In this document: piece by piece, positions 41,665 to 52,936 of the stretch
How positions within the stretch are numbered: position 1 is the stretch's first letter
Layout of the letters: each line of letters begins with the position of its first letter
DNA from: Nitrospirota bacterium
Lineage (GTDB): Bacteria > Nitrospirota > UBA9217
Direction: 5' to 3'
Assembly: GCA_963751455.1 (NCBI GenBank)
Contig: CAVVUN010000012.1
Coordinates: 480,001-544,000 of the forward strand
DNA: 64,000 nucleotides
Made by a program: the position numbers and the translations under genes
The notes under the pieces: model-generated
Told to the model about the DNA's origin: nothing
The model's input: the letters and a program-made list of their open reading frames with translations, nothing else
Databases searched by the model: none

Positions 41665-42027
41665 TCACTTCGTTTTACTTCTGACAAATTCCATAAACGC
41701 CCGGAAACCTTCAATTGCAGTGAGGGGGAAAGGCGCAGCTTCGACGGTGTCCTGGGTTCCGTTATGAAAATGGTGGGGATAGGTTGTTACGTATTGCCAG
41801 TTTTTGTCGGGGAAGTTATCGTATTGGTAGATGGTGTTCCCGTCATCCATGCATTCCCAGTGAAAGCCGAGTTTGTCCGGCAGTGTTCTGGAGAGATGCA
41901 CGTCGACGAAACCCTTGGAAGAAAGAATGATCCGCAGCTTATAATCAACTCGATGGGAACTCTTTACAATGTCCGAAAATTCGACCTCCGCAATCCTTTT
42001 GAGATCATCAAGGTCCGGGCTCGGCAT
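41665..42027 (-). CDS. TumE/DUF6516-like putative toxin
   Basis: YQYDNFP...TYPHHFH motif. Start overlaps the stop of the upstream gene. Confidence 0.65.
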   Translation of the reverse strand: MPSPDLDDLKRIAEVEFSDIVKSSHRVDYKLRIILSSKGFVDVHLSRTLPDKLGFHWECMDDGNTIYQYDNFPDKNWQYVTTYPHHFHNGTQDTVEAAPFPLTAIEGFRAFMEFVRSKTK

Positions 42028-42302
42028 CAGAGTTCCTCTAAAAACTTCTTTATTTTTTCGCGTTCCGCTTCCAGATTGTCCAGTGCAAAATAGTCATCGT
42101 ACGCCTCGCGTTCGCCCACGGTGCCGCTCTTTGCCTTCTCGTCCAGCTCGAAGACGTTGCGCACTCCGTGTTTCTTCGCTATGGTAAAGATTTCCGCCTC
42201 AATATTTACGAGGCGCTGTTCCAGGTAGGTTTTGAGGCTTTCCTTGAGCAGTTCGCCGGGCTTCATATGCAATTCTTTTGCGACAATATCGATTGCAGCC
42301 AT
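42027..42302 (-). CDS. Putative antitoxin partner (91 aa)
   Basis: Small helical protein with AAGGAGG RBS, translationally coupled (TGATG) to the TumE-like gene. Confidence 0.6.
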   Translation of the reverse strand: MAAIDIVAKELHMKPGELLKESLKTYLEQRLVNIEAEIFTIAKKHGVRNVFELDEKAKSGTVGEREAYDDYFALDNLEAEREKIKKFLEEL

Positions 42303-42443
42303 TTTTAGACCTCCTTCCGTCGTCCCTGCATTATGCCGTTCTTATGTATTTCTACCTGCATGGAGTTTCCCTGGGACTTCAATAAAGCGATTTGCCTAAA
42401 AACACTCACGGTCACGTCAAAGTCGTCCATAAACTTCTATAAT

Positions 42444-42518
42444 GTCATTCCCGCAAGCGTAGCGCGTCGGGAATCCTTCTGAGAAATATAGGAAAGATTC
42501 CGGACAAGCCGGAATGAC
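42444..42518. repeat. GTCATTCC...GGAATGAC REP-like element
   Basis: GTCATTCCCG..CGGGAATCC and GATTCCGGACAAGCCGGAATGAC. Inverted relative at 59958-60032. Confidence 0.7.
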
Positions 42519-42658
42519 GGCGGTAGAAGCGAGAATGCGTGAAAAGACTTTTGTTATTGCACAGTTGTGTTGAACAATGACACAACCCTAAAAACACTAT
42601 ATCATATTCCGCTGTTTTATCAAAGTCCATCTTGCACCGCTACATCCACGTTTGTTTA

Positions 42659-42994
<336 letters not shown>

Positions 42995-43104
42995 ATCGCG
43001 CACCTCATCGCCCTCCACCCAACTCCTTCTCCAACTCTGCTATGTAAGATGAACTTTTATCTTTCCGCAATTGACTATCTTTTGCGCCACAAAGACGACC
43101 AAAA

Positions 43105-43224
43105 CTTGGATCAGTATGGAGCGGGGCAAGCATTCTGTCTCGCATGAACTCGATATCGCGCTGGGCGGTGCGCGGCGATATCTCGAACTTTTCGGCAAAA
43201 CAGGAGGCATTCGGATAACCCTGA
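43105..43224 (-). pseudogene. Fragment of a WYL-type regulator N-terminal HTH
   Basis: GYPNASCFAEKFEISPRTAQRDIEFMRDRMLAPL. Confidence 0.65.
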
Positions 43225-43563
43225 AAACGGCAGTTGGGCGCAGATGAACGCAGATAACCGCGGATCAAACAAAAGAATTTTTAGAGAAAAAAATTCACCC
43301 GCAGGGTGACTGCTTTTACGATACAAGAACGTTTTTTTATCCGACCTTATCTGCGTTTATCCTAAAAACGGCATTTGAACACGGATGAACACGGAAACAG
43401 CGGATCAAAACAATGTGATAGAGCAAAAAGCCATCTCGCCTTTTGGGTGAATCCATTACTGTTCGTAACTTCCTATAAATCCGTGTTGATCAGATTTTAT
43501 CCGTGTCCAACTGCTTTTTTCAGGTTTATCCGATTTTTCTGCGTCCCAAATGCTTTTTTTAGG
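43220..43563. repeat. Palindromic element with a second related element nested inside
   Basis: Outer CCTGAAAACGGCAGTTGGGCGCAGA...TCTGCGTCCCAAATGCTTTTTTTAGG; inner CCTAAAAACGGCATTTGAACACGGAT...ATCCGTGTCCAACTGCTTTTTTCAGG. Confidence 0.7.
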
Positions 43564-43680
43564 CTAATAGAAAGGGATGAAAAAACGCTGGCACAAGGCG
43601 GGGAAAATAGCAATACCCTGACATACCCTGAAAATACCGACGGCGATTTCGCAATTAAAACGGAGAACAAGCGAGAAGGG

Positions 43681-44691
43681 CTAGAGCGGAAAGTGACAGG
43701 CAACGAGATGTCCTTCGCCGGCGTCCTTTAACTCCGGTTCAGACGCGGCATCGGTACATATGGAAGGTCTGCCCTGGGATGCATACACAGGGCAGCGTGG
43801 TGCAAAACGGCAGCCTGAACCGGGCCGCTCGAAATCAAAAACGCCCCATGTGCCTGTTTGGACGTTTTTTGACGTCATTGAGGCTTCCTTGCTGTGTTTT
43901 TCGGCCAGAGAAGACCACAGGATGTGAGTGTAAGGGTGGCTTGCCTTGCCCGCAATACGGCCGGCGAGACCCATCTCGACTATCTTGCCCAGGTACATTA
44001 CGGCAACGGTATGGCTGATCAGTTCCACGACCCTGAGATCATGTGATATGAACAGAAAGGAAAGGCCGAGCTGCTTTTGCAGGTCCCGAAGAAGGTTGAT
44101 GACCTGCGCCTGGATGGATACATCGAGGGCGCTGGTGGGTTCATCGGCCACGATGAGTCGAGCGCCTACCGAGAGAACCCGGGCCACGCCGACACGCCGC
44201 TTCTCTCCGCCGGATAACTCATGGGGGAAATTCGACAGTTTGCTCTTTTTAAGGTTGACTTGTTCCAGCAAATCGCTGATGCGCTGGTTCACGTCGGCGT
44301 CACTCATTTCATGATGGACCTGGATCGATTCCTTCAGAATGTCCCGTATGCGCATCTTCGGATTGAGAGCTGCGTCCAGGTCTTGAAAAATCATCTGCAT
44401 CTGTCCGCGGAGCAGCCGCAGGTCCTCGGGAGGCATGGCAATGATATCCTTGCCGTCGAAAAGGATTTTGCCCGAGGTGGCCGGCAGGAGCCGAAGAATC
44501 GTCTTGCCGATCGTGGTCTTTCCGCACCCGGATTCCCCTACAAGCCCCAGGGTCTCATTCTCCTTGAGAGAAAAGGTTACTCCATCCACCGCGGGAATAG
44601 ACCGTTTCTTTTCCTTGAACGCCGAGAAGAGGCCCGCGTGCTGGGCAAAGTGCTTTTTAAGGTCTATGACTTCGAGTATGGTTTTTGACAT
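43681..44691 (-). CDS. Oligopeptide/dipeptide ABC transporter ATPase (OppF-like)
   Basis: GESGCGKT, LSGGE, DEPTSALD, GCRFAPRC, VACH. Confidence 0.92.
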   Translation of the reverse strand: MSKTILEVIDLKKHFAQHAGLFSAFKEKKRSIPAVDGVTFSLKENETLGLVGESGCGKTTIGKTILRLLPATSGKILFDGKDIIAMPPEDLRLLRGQMQMIFQDLDAALNPKMRIRDILKESIQVHHEMSDADVNQRISDLLEQVNLKKSKLSNFPHELSGGEKRRVGVARVLSVGARLIVADEPTSALDVSIQAQVINLLRDLQKQLGLSFLFISHDLRVVELISHTVAVMYLGKIVEMGLAGRIAGKASHPYTHILWSSLAEKHSKEASMTSKNVQTGTWGVFDFERPGSGCRFAPRCPVYASQGRPSICTDAASEPELKDAGEGHLVACHFPL

Positions 44692-44701
44692 AATCAAATC
44701 A

Positions 44702-44812
44702 TTGGACGCAGATAAACGCTGAGAGCTGACGCTCGCAGAAAACGCCGACTGCCTCTCTAAGAACCGCTTCCCCGATTTAATCTGCGTTCATCTGCGTAAA
44801 TCCGCGTCCCAA
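44702..44812. repeat. GGACGCAGA-family palindromic element between the two ATPase genes
   Basis: TTGGACGCAGATAAACGC ... ATCTGCGTTCATCTGCGTAAATCCGCGTCCCAA. Confidence 0.65.
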
Positions 44813-44823
44813 CGGCTTTTGTC

Positions 44824-45925
44824 TTAATCAAAATACAACCAGCAGCGCACCGTATGGCCGGGCGTGATCTCTCTCAGGTCCGGCTCCTTATGCTCGCACT
44901 TCTCGCGTATCGCATGGGTCACCCGGTTGCAGCGGCTGTAGAACCGGCACCCTGCCGGAATGTTGATCGTGTCGAGAACATCCCCCTCGATTGCGTGCAG
45001 ATAGCCTTTCTCTTTTATATTCTGCGCGGTAGGGATGGAAGACAGAAGTGCCATCGGTATAAGGGTGCTTCGATGCAAACCCTTTCCCGAGAATGTCCCT
45101 GGCCGGTCCATATTCGAAAACCGTGCCCCCGTACATCACGGCCACGCTGTCCGAGAGACGGGAAATGATGCTGATGTCATGGCTGATCAGCATCGTCGTG
45201 ATCCCGAGTTCCTGTTTGAGCTCCGCAAGAAGGTCAACAATCTTCGATTGTATCGTGGCGTCCAGGCCTGTTGTCGGCTCGTCCGCAATCAAAAGAGACG
45301 GCTCGCAGGCCAGCGCCATGGCGATCATCGCGCGCTGGCACATTCCGCCTGAAAGGCCGTAGGGATAGTTGTCAAACCTGAGCCGCGGCGAGTCTATCCG
45401 AACCCGGTCGAGCCAGAAGTATGCGCGGTCCGCGGCCTCCCGGTTACTCGTGATCGAGGTATGAAGCCGGATCGCCTCGGTTATCTGCTTGCCGACGGTA
45501 GTAAAGGGATTGAGCGAGGACTTCGGGTTCTGGAAGATCATGGCAATCTCTTTGCCGCGCACCCCGCTCATAATACGTTCCGCATTGTCGCTCCCATCCG
45601 ATAACATCCTTGCTTGCCCGCATGATCATGCCGTTCTTCTTCTCGAGCCTTACGTAGTCGCCAAGATCCGGGAGAAGGTCCTTCCGGACCCGCGTTGTTT
45701 TTAATTCGACCTTGCCGGTGATAACGCCAGGGCCGTCGCTGATAAGTCCCATGACCGACAACGCCGTGATGCTTTTGCCGCTCCCGCTCTCGCCCACGAC
45801 CCCGAGAGTCTCACCGGGCGCAATCGCGAGGCTCACCCCATCGACGGACCGGATAAAGGCCCGCTTGCTGCGGGAGTAAAAATACGTGCGAAGATCCTCA
45901 ATTTCAGGAGCGAAGCTGTCGTCAT
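44824..45925 (-). CDS. ABC transporter ATPase (OppD-like), broken by about three 1-nt frameshifts
   Basis: GESGSGKS (ORF 45444..45836), [16 protein letters not shown] (44888..45607), [12 protein letters not shown] (44824..45111). The ATG overlaps the oppC stop. Confidence 0.88.
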
Positions 45926-46818
45926 TTGCCCCTCTTGCCTTCGAAGATATTGTTCAGCCCGTCTCCGAGCAAATGAAACCCGAGGATCGTGAAAAGAATC
46001 GCAAGCGAAGGAACGGTCGACGGCCAGAATTTGCCTTGCATGAAATAATTCGCGCCGGACTGCACCATGTTTCCCCATGAGGGCATTGGCTCCTGAACGC
46101 CGAACCCGAGATAGCTAAGGGACGTTTCCATGAGTATCGCCTCTGCCATGCCGAGCGTGGCCTGGATGATGAGGAGCGAGCGGCAATTATACCAGAGAAT
46201 GTGTTTTAGGATAATTGTTCGGGTAGGCAGGCCGAGTGCGGTATCGGCCTCGATAAAGTTCTTTTGTTTCAGAAACTGGATCTTCCCCTTGATGAGGGAT
46301 GCCACAACCGGGACATTGGTCAGCCCAACGACGAGCATGATGTAATAGATGTCCGGCTTGAAAGACGCGATGACGAGCAGGATGAGCACAAGCCGCGGGA
46401 AGGAATCCACCAGGTTCATAAAATAGGTGATCACCCTGTCCAATCCCGCCCTGGCGGGATATCCGGCGAGCACGCCGAGTATCGTGCCGAAAAAAAGGGC
46501 TATGAAGATAGCGAGCACTCCCGGAAGAAAATATGCCTGGATTCCAACGATGAGCCGGGACAGCATGTCCCGGCCCATGAAGTCCGTACCCAGGAGATGC
46601 CCTTCGGTTCCCGGGGAAGCCATCATGAGCTCGAGGTCGATGTCCTGGGGGTCGCGCGGCAAAAGATCGAATGAGCCAAGGATGTAGGACACGACAACAA
46701 GCGTAACGATGAGCAGGCCATATGCTATATAGGCAAGGTCAACCACGTCCGCTTTTTTCCAGAACGGCAGGTCTGAAAATTCGCCTATTGCGCCGGGCAT
46801 TTGAGTGTAGGTTTTCAT
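45922..46818 (-). CDS. ABC transporter permease (OppC-like)
   Basis: [14 protein letters not shown]-like loop, LSYLGFG...PSWG. Confidence 0.9.
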   Translation of the reverse strand: MKTYTQMPGAIGEFSDLPFWKKADVVDLAYIAYGLLIVTLVVVSYILGSFDLLPRDPQDIDLELMMASPGTEGHLLGTDFMGRDMLSRLIVGIQAYFLPGVLAIFIALFFGTILGVLAGYPARAGLDRVITYFMNLVDSFPRLVLILLVIASFKPDIYYIMLVVGLTNVPVVASLIKGKIQFLKQKNFIEADTALGLPTRTIILKHILWYNCRSLLIIQATLGMAEAILMETSLSYLGFGVQEPMPSWGNMVQSGANYFMQGKFWPSTVPSLAILFTILGFHLLGDGLNNIFEGKRGK

Positions 46819-46969
46819 AATGAGTCTTGTCAAGCGGATACGGCAACGATGCCTGTGTCGTCGAGCGTCTATCGGCAACGTATTAAAGACGAACGACGTA
46901 ACACGTGACCGAAACGGGCTTCATTACCGATTCACCCCTTACGCCTCACACCCACTTCTTACGGGTTTC

Positions 46970-47944
46970 TTATTCCTTTGACCCCCTCGGATTCACTGCC
47001 ACATATACGATACTTTGAAGGAGACTGCCCATGCGCACGATGACAGCGGCGAGGATCGAGATGCCCATGATGACAGGGTAATCCCGGTCCTGAGCGGCCT
47101 GCCACGCCATTCTTCCCATGCCCGGCCAGTTGAAAACCTGCTCGACAATGACGGCGCCGCCCAGAATAAAGGGGATCTTGGACGCGACGATCTCGGTAAC
47201 CGGTATCACGAGGCCTTCCTTAAATGAATGCTTCCATACGGAGGCGCCCTTTGCACGGGCTGTGCGGATGTAGTCTTCGGCCATTACCCTGCCCATCTCG
47301 TCACGCAGAAAACGGATCACCTCGCTGATCGTGCCGTTCCCGATGCCCAGCACAAGGATCGGCAGCAGGGCATAAAGCCAGCCGAACCGGTTCGAGGATG
47401 TCGAGTAGCCGAGGGCTATTGGAAAAAGGCCGAGTTTATGCGTAAAGAAATAAATGACGATATAGCCGAGCCAGAAGACGGGTAAAGCGGAAATGATGTA
47501 GGAGAACATGGTAAGCGGCCAGGAAATTTTATCAGTGCCGCGAACGGCGGAATAAAGCGCGATCGGGATGGCGATCAACAGCGTGATGAACAGGGACCCG
47601 AGGGTGAGGGAGAGAGTATTCAGCCCTACTCGAACCACCTCCTTCAGCACCGGTAAGCCGGTCCGCATGGATGTGCCGAAATCGCCGCGCAGCATCCCGG
47701 TCAGCACTGAGAAATACTTGCCGTACCATGATGTGGGTACGCTAACGGCATCCCTGATGCCGGTTTGCGCCTCAAGCGTGGACACCCCGCCCTCGACCAG
47801 GGTGCTGAAAGGATCTCCTGGCGACAGATAGAGAATTATGAATACAACAAAGCTGACCCCGAGAAGCAGGAGCGCTGTCATCAGCAATTCCCTTGACAGT
47901 GCCAGGGCAATTGGACGGATAGCGGATAATTTCAGCGATGCCAT
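46970..47944 (-). CDS. ABC transporter permease (OppB-like)
   Basis: SPGDP, GDFGTS, DYIRTARAKG, VEQVFNWPGMG. Confidence 0.92.
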   Translation of the reverse strand: MASLKLSAIRPIALALSRELLMTALLLLGVSFVVFIILYLSPGDPFSTLVEGGVSTLEAQTGIRDAVSVPTSWYGKYFSVLTGMLRGDFGTSMRTGLPVLKEVVRVGLNTLSLTLGSLFITLLIAIPIALYSAVRGTDKISWPLTMFSYIISALPVFWLGYIVIYFFTHKLGLFPIALGYSTSSNRFGWLYALLPILVLGIGNGTISEVIRFLRDEMGRVMAEDYIRTARAKGASVWKHSFKEGLVIPVTEIVASKIPFILGGAVIVEQVFNWPGMGRMAWQAAQDRDYPVIMGISILAAVIVRMGSLLQSIVYVAVNPRGSKE

Positions 47945-48096
47945 GCGGAAGCTGGATATTTCATCGGTTGCCGAGCCATTGAGCGTTATCCCTTCTTTCT
48001 TAATATTTTAAAAAACCGGTGCCAATACCGTTAAAAACCTTTACTTCGCATTATCTTTAAATTTGAGTCAAGTTTTTGAGAAGCTAAAAAGCATTT

Positions 48097-48201
48097 ACCG
48101 CGAAGGCGCGAGGAGCGCGAAGGAAACCATACGACAAAATCTTATTTCTGGTTTAAACCCGTTTCAATTCCTGCTTTCCTCGCGTCCTGCGCCTTCGCGG
48201 T
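48097..48201. repeat. CGCGAAG/CGCAAAG-family palindromic element
   Basis: ACCGCGAAGGCGCGAGGAGCGCGAAGG ... CCTCGCGTCCTGCGCCTTCGCGGT. Confidence 0.7.
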
Positions 48202-48322
48202 TCCAAGGTATTTTTTTCATCGGTCTGAGGCCTTGCCTCGTTAAAAGTTGCACTAAAAACAAAACAGAAGACGCTGTCTCAGCGTACTTAGATCGATACA
48301 GATTTGTCATTAACTATTGGCC

Positions 48323-49933
48323 TTACTTCTGTTCTTTTTCCTCCATGAACCATTCATCCGCGTACGAGAAGAATTTATAGGGATGAATCGCCACGCGCCG
48401 TATCTTTTTGTGATAGGCCGCGTAATTCGTGAGCGTCCAGAGAAATGTGTAGGGGTTTTCATCTGCGAGAATCGAGTGGAGCTTGCGATTGATCGTGCGG
48501 CGTTTTTCATGGTCCAGGGTGAGTTTGCTCTCGTTGATCAGCCCGTCCACTTCCGGATTGGAATACCCTCCGAAGTTGTTCCTCCAGGGTCCGATCTCGC
48601 CTGAATGGAACAGCGAGGAGATGTCCGCTGAATCGTCAAAAACCCACGAGGCGAAAATGACATCGAAATCGTGCTCGAGGAAGACATCCTCCTTCCAGGA
48701 TTGCCACTCCTTGAACTCCACTTTGATGTCCACACCGATGTTTTTCAGGTAATTCTTAAAGGCGAGCACCACGCGTTTCACCGCCTCGCTTTCCTTTTCA
48801 ATGGGCACCTTGAGCGAGAGCTCCAGCTTTCTGCCCGCCTTCCGCATGAAGCCGTCAGGGCCGCGGCTGAAACCGGCTTCCTCGAGAAGTGCTATCGCCT
48901 TCTGAGGGTTAAAGGGCACCGGCTGTACATCGAGATTATATGCCCAGCTGCCAGGCGCAAAAGGCCCCGAGATGATCGTGCCCTGGCCGTTAAAGAACGA
49001 GTCGAGCATCTCCTGCCTGTTGACGGCGCAGGTAAACGCCTTCCGCACGCGCCTGTCTGCAAGAAACGGGTTCCGGGCATTATAGCCGAAGAAGGAGTAC
49101 GAAAGGGCATTATAGGGCTGGAGGACGAAACGCTTGTCGCCCTGGATCTCGGGGATATCCCGGGGATTCACAAGCACGATCATATCTATTGCGTTGAACA
49201 TCAACGCCTGGGTCATGATATTCTGATCCGCAAAGGGTTTGGCTACGAACTTATCGGGGTGCGGTCTACCCTTGAAATACGCCTCGTTTGCGGTGAGAAC
49301 AATCTCCCGTTCCGCCGTAATATTCTTCAGGATGAAAGGCCCGGTGCCGATCGGATGCTGTACGAAGCCGTCGTCCCGGGTAAGGTAAACCGGGTTGCTC
49401 GGGCCGTGCTTGGGTATCACTTTAAAGCTGAATTTCGCGAGCGCGTTCAGGATCGGCCGCTTCAGCGTAAACTTGACCGTGTAGTCATCGATCTTCTCCG
49501 TGGATTCGATAAACTCATAACGCACCTTGAGCGGCGTGATCGTTTTGGGATGCATCATGATCTTCCAGGTGAAGACCACGTCTTCTGCCGTAAACGGATG
49601 CGGTGCTTCGCCCTCGCGCTGATGCCAGGTCACGTCCTTGCGAAGGTAAAAAGTATAGGTGCGACTGTCAGGGGAACTCTCCCATCGCTCGGCGAGCTCC
49701 GGTACGATCTCCTGCTTTTCGTTGATCCCGACCAGACCGTTGAAAATAAGCTCCGAGAGCCTGAGCGAAATCATTTCATTGCTCGTGATCGGGTCCAGCG
49801 TCGCAGGACGGCCGTATTCGCCGTAGCTCACGGTGCCGCCGTCCGTTCTGCCGTCCTGCTTGCGGCCTGCCCACGTCTCGTTCGCTGCGAGCGTAACTGC
49901 TGTCAGCATCACTGCCATCAAGATCCGTTGCAT
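48323..49933 (-). CDS. ABC transporter substrate-binding protein (family 5, OppA/AppA-like)
   Basis: Signal peptide, TLDP, PELAERWE, FTAEDVVFT, PIGTGPF, YSNPEVD. Confidence 0.92.
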   Translation of the reverse strand: MQRILMAVMLTAVTLAANETWAGRKQDGRTDGGTVSYGEYGRPATLDPITSNEMISLRLSELIFNGLVGINEKQEIVPELAERWESSPDSRTYTFYLRKDVTWHQREGEAPHPFTAEDVVFTWKIMMHPKTITPLKVRYEFIESTEKIDDYTVKFTLKRPILNALAKFSFKVIPKHGPSNPVYLTRDDGFVQHPIGTGPFILKNITAEREIVLTANEAYFKGRPHPDKFVAKPFADQNIMTQALMFNAIDMIVLVNPRDIPEIQGDKRFVLQPYNALSYSFFGYNARNPFLADRRVRKAFTCAVNRQEMLDSFFNGQGTIISGPFAPGSWAYNLDVQPVPFNPQKAIALLEEAGFSRGPDGFMRKAGRKLELSLKVPIEKESEAVKRVVLAFKNYLKNIGVDIKVEFKEWQSWKEDVFLEHDFDVIFASWVFDDSADISSLFHSGEIGPWRNNFGGYSNPEVDGLINESKLTLDHEKRRTINRKLHSILADENPYTFLWTLTNYAAYHKKIRRVAIHPYKFFSYADEWFMEEKEQK

Positions 49934-50055
49934 GAATAACCTCCTCTTTAAGTACGGAATTCACCCTGCACTCGCGCTGCCGCACTGATAAACGCTGGGT
50001 GCAGGCGGAGTGCGGAGTGAGTGTTAAATCCGAACTCCGCAATCCGAAATTATGT

Positions 50056-51543
50056 TCAATTGATCTTCACGTCTCCCGCGCTCTTATGCTCCATTGCATA
50101 AATTCCCTGAAGCGCCTCCTGGATCTGGCGCACCTCGGGGAACTGCCTGCTCATTTCGAAATATATCTCGAGCGCTTCTGAAAACTTCTTCGTCTTTCCG
50201 TATGCCTCGGCAAGGCCGACAAGCATGGCCGTATCGTTGGACTCGATCTTGTTCTTGTTGCCCTTGTCCCGCCCGGCCTCCAGATATGAAAGCGCCCGGC
50301 CATATTCTTTTCTGGACAGGTAATAATCCCCCAGCGCTATATTCAACGGAGAGAATCTTTTTCCCTGCCCCGCCTCGGCGGACGCCTCCGCTTGTTTCGC
50401 GAGCTTCCCGCAATTTATCCGGATGCTCCCGCATGACAACATTATCTCCGCGAGCACATCGACGTCTTGCGACCCCTTCGAAAGCTCGTCCCAGGCTCTA
50501 AGCGATTCTGTTTTACGGCCTTTCCTGTAGTCATTGGCCGCCTGGCGAACCCTGGCCCTGGCCCGGTACCCGGCAGGAACTGCTGATGCGCCGAGGAATA
50601 CGTTCAGCGCTTTTGTGGACAGGTCGATTTTACCGTCCAAAGCATATGCCTCTCCAAGGTAGAAATTCGCAGTTTCCCGGAGTTTGCCTTCTCCCGCGGC
50701 TTTTTCCAGTGCCGCTATCCCCGCCTTCAGGTAAAGCGTCGACAGGTGACGGAGCAGCGAAAGATCGTAAAAATTAATTGTCTTCGATTTCCCGGCCGAT
50801 TCCCTGGTAGGAAAAACCGGCAAGATCGGCTTCTGCGGCCGCGCCGAGTGCTTTGTCGATCATCCCGGCACCGGAATAAACGGAAATCAGGCTGCTGATC
50901 TGGCGCATCGACAAAGTTTTTCCCGCTTTTTTCACCGCACCAAAGCTCTCTTCCGCGAGCGCCACAGGATTCTTGTCCATGATAGCCTGACCTGGTATAT
51001 GCGGCTGCGAGTGCGGACTTGATCTCCGGTTCGGCAAGGTCCAGACCGGCCCAGACATCCTCTGCCGCTTGTCGTTTGTTTTGAAGCGCGTAGCAGAGTC
51101 CCTTATCTACAGCCGCTATCGCTTTGTGAAGAGGGGCCACATCGTCCTCCCGGACGAATATATCGAGATAGCGTATGGCCTGATCGAACCTGCCGTGCTT
51201 CCAGCAGCGTTTCGGCGAGGTACAGATTTGCAAAGCGGCTCCTGTTTTTGCCGTGCCCCGCGGCAATTTTCCTTAAATACTCCAGGTGGACGGCAAGCGA
51301 TTGACGGTATAGTCTTTCGTGAAGATCGGCGTTCCTGAGATAGCTCATGCCGAGCGTCAGCTGGGCCGCTGCCTGCCGGGCCGGGTCGAGTGATGGCAGG
51401 GATGTTCGAAGCATCGATGCGGCCTCGGCAAAATGCCGCTTTTCGTACAGCTTCATGGCGCGGGTCGCGGCGTCCTCACCAGCAGGCGCCTGCGCAGCGG
51501 ACAAGAGGATAAGGAAGGAAATCAGAAATCTCATAGCTTTCAT
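50056..51543 (-). CDS. Exported TPR-repeat protein, split by several frameshifts
   Basis: Signal peptide MKAMRFLISFLILLSAAQA. Overlapping TPR-like ORFs 51103..51543, 50727..51266, 50774..51058 and 50056..50823. Confidence 0.7.
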
Positions 51544-51586
51544 GGCTTTTCCTTTGTTACAAGCATGTACTTCCCGGTCTTTAAGC

Positions 51587-52845
51587 TCACTCCTTCAGCC
51601 TCATTACATATATCTGGTCCCACTGGTTGACCTGTGCACGGAACGCGATGGCTGCCGTCGCGCGAACAAGTCACGTCGTGATTCATCCTGGTTTCCGTCT
51701 TAACGGGGATATTTCTCTTGCCCGCAATATCGGCAATATAAATCGGATTATACTCATGCCGGTCATTCTTCACATATGCGATCCTCGCGCTGTCAGGCAT
51801 CCATGCAGGTCCGACCTCGATGTCCGGGACCACATCGGTCGCGACAATCTTCCCGGCGAGCGTCAGCCCCTCGCTCGGGTCTGAACCGTCCGATGCAATT
51901 ACGACGATGGACCATACCTTTGGGTCTGCCTCCGCGTTATAGTTCGAGTAGAAAGCGATGTTTTTGCCGTCAGGAGACCAGACCGGTCGAAGATCATCAG
52001 GCGCCCACGTGGTCAGTCTCTTCATCGACTGCACCGGGTTCATGACGTCCCCGACGAGCAGGATGTCATGGTTTTCATTGCTGCCCGCCGTCATCACGAT
52101 TTTTTTCCCGTCAGGCGACCACCGGGGATGAAGATACGGCTTCCCGCCCGCGGGTCAAACGGGTCAGCGCGCGAGACGGGAGATCGAGGATATAGATATC
52201 GCCATGGCCTGTACGACCGGATACAAAGGCAACCCGGTCGGCCGTATGCGACCAGTCGGGCTGACCGTCCTTTTCCCGGTGATCGGTAAGCCGGACCGCC
52301 GCCTTCCCGCCCAGTTCCTGAAGATACAGGTCATAATTGCCTTCCCCGCCATTGCTCATGAATATGAACCGGTTGCTGCCGGGAGACCACGTGATGCCGG
52401 CGTTATAGCTGGTCTCGTCGTTGAAGCCCGGAAGAAAAAACTTCGTTTCGTTTCCATCGTCGGATGAACCGATGGACACAGTCTGCATTTCACTTCCGTC
52501 CCGGTAAACAATGCGGATCTCTTTTTTATCGCTGATGCTCCGTTCAAAGGCGACGAGCGCCCCTGGTGGAGACCATTGCGGGTTCGAGTCGTTTCGCCCG
52601 GGTTCTATTTTGGTAAGCGGAATGACGGACACAGGTTCTATTGCCTGTGTCGCTCTCTCTTCCTCTTTTTTTCCGGTATTCTCTCCCGAAGTTGAAAGTA
52701 AATCGAGTACCGGAACGGGAGGCCCGGCCGGCGCCGGCGCCGACGTGTTTGCCGGCAGGGACCTCAATTCCTCGGCGGGGCATTCAAGCCCGATGCATAC
52801 GATTACGAGAGCATAGGCCAGCGCCGCGTTCTTACTCTGCTTCAA
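51587..52845 (-). CDS. TolB-like PD40 beta-propeller protein, frameshifted
   Basis: Repeated P.WSP.G...IAF motifs (NPQWSPPG, ITWSPGS, PDWSHTAD, PVWSPDGKNIAF, PAWMPDS). Inferred true end ...IYVMRLKE*. Confidence 0.8.
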
Positions 52846-52936
52846 ACTGGAATCCTCCCCTTGCCTCTCACCATCTCTTTCCCCGCTCCGAATGTGTTCG
52901 TCTCATCGGGAGTACAGAGAGGAATAAGGCGCATCC

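Noticed and set aside
48671-49939. Long plus-strand ORFs antisense to real genes (also 29784..30914, 53099..54103, 20133..21029, 2923..3780)
   Set aside because: Shadow frames of GC-rich coding genes with no recognisable motifs.
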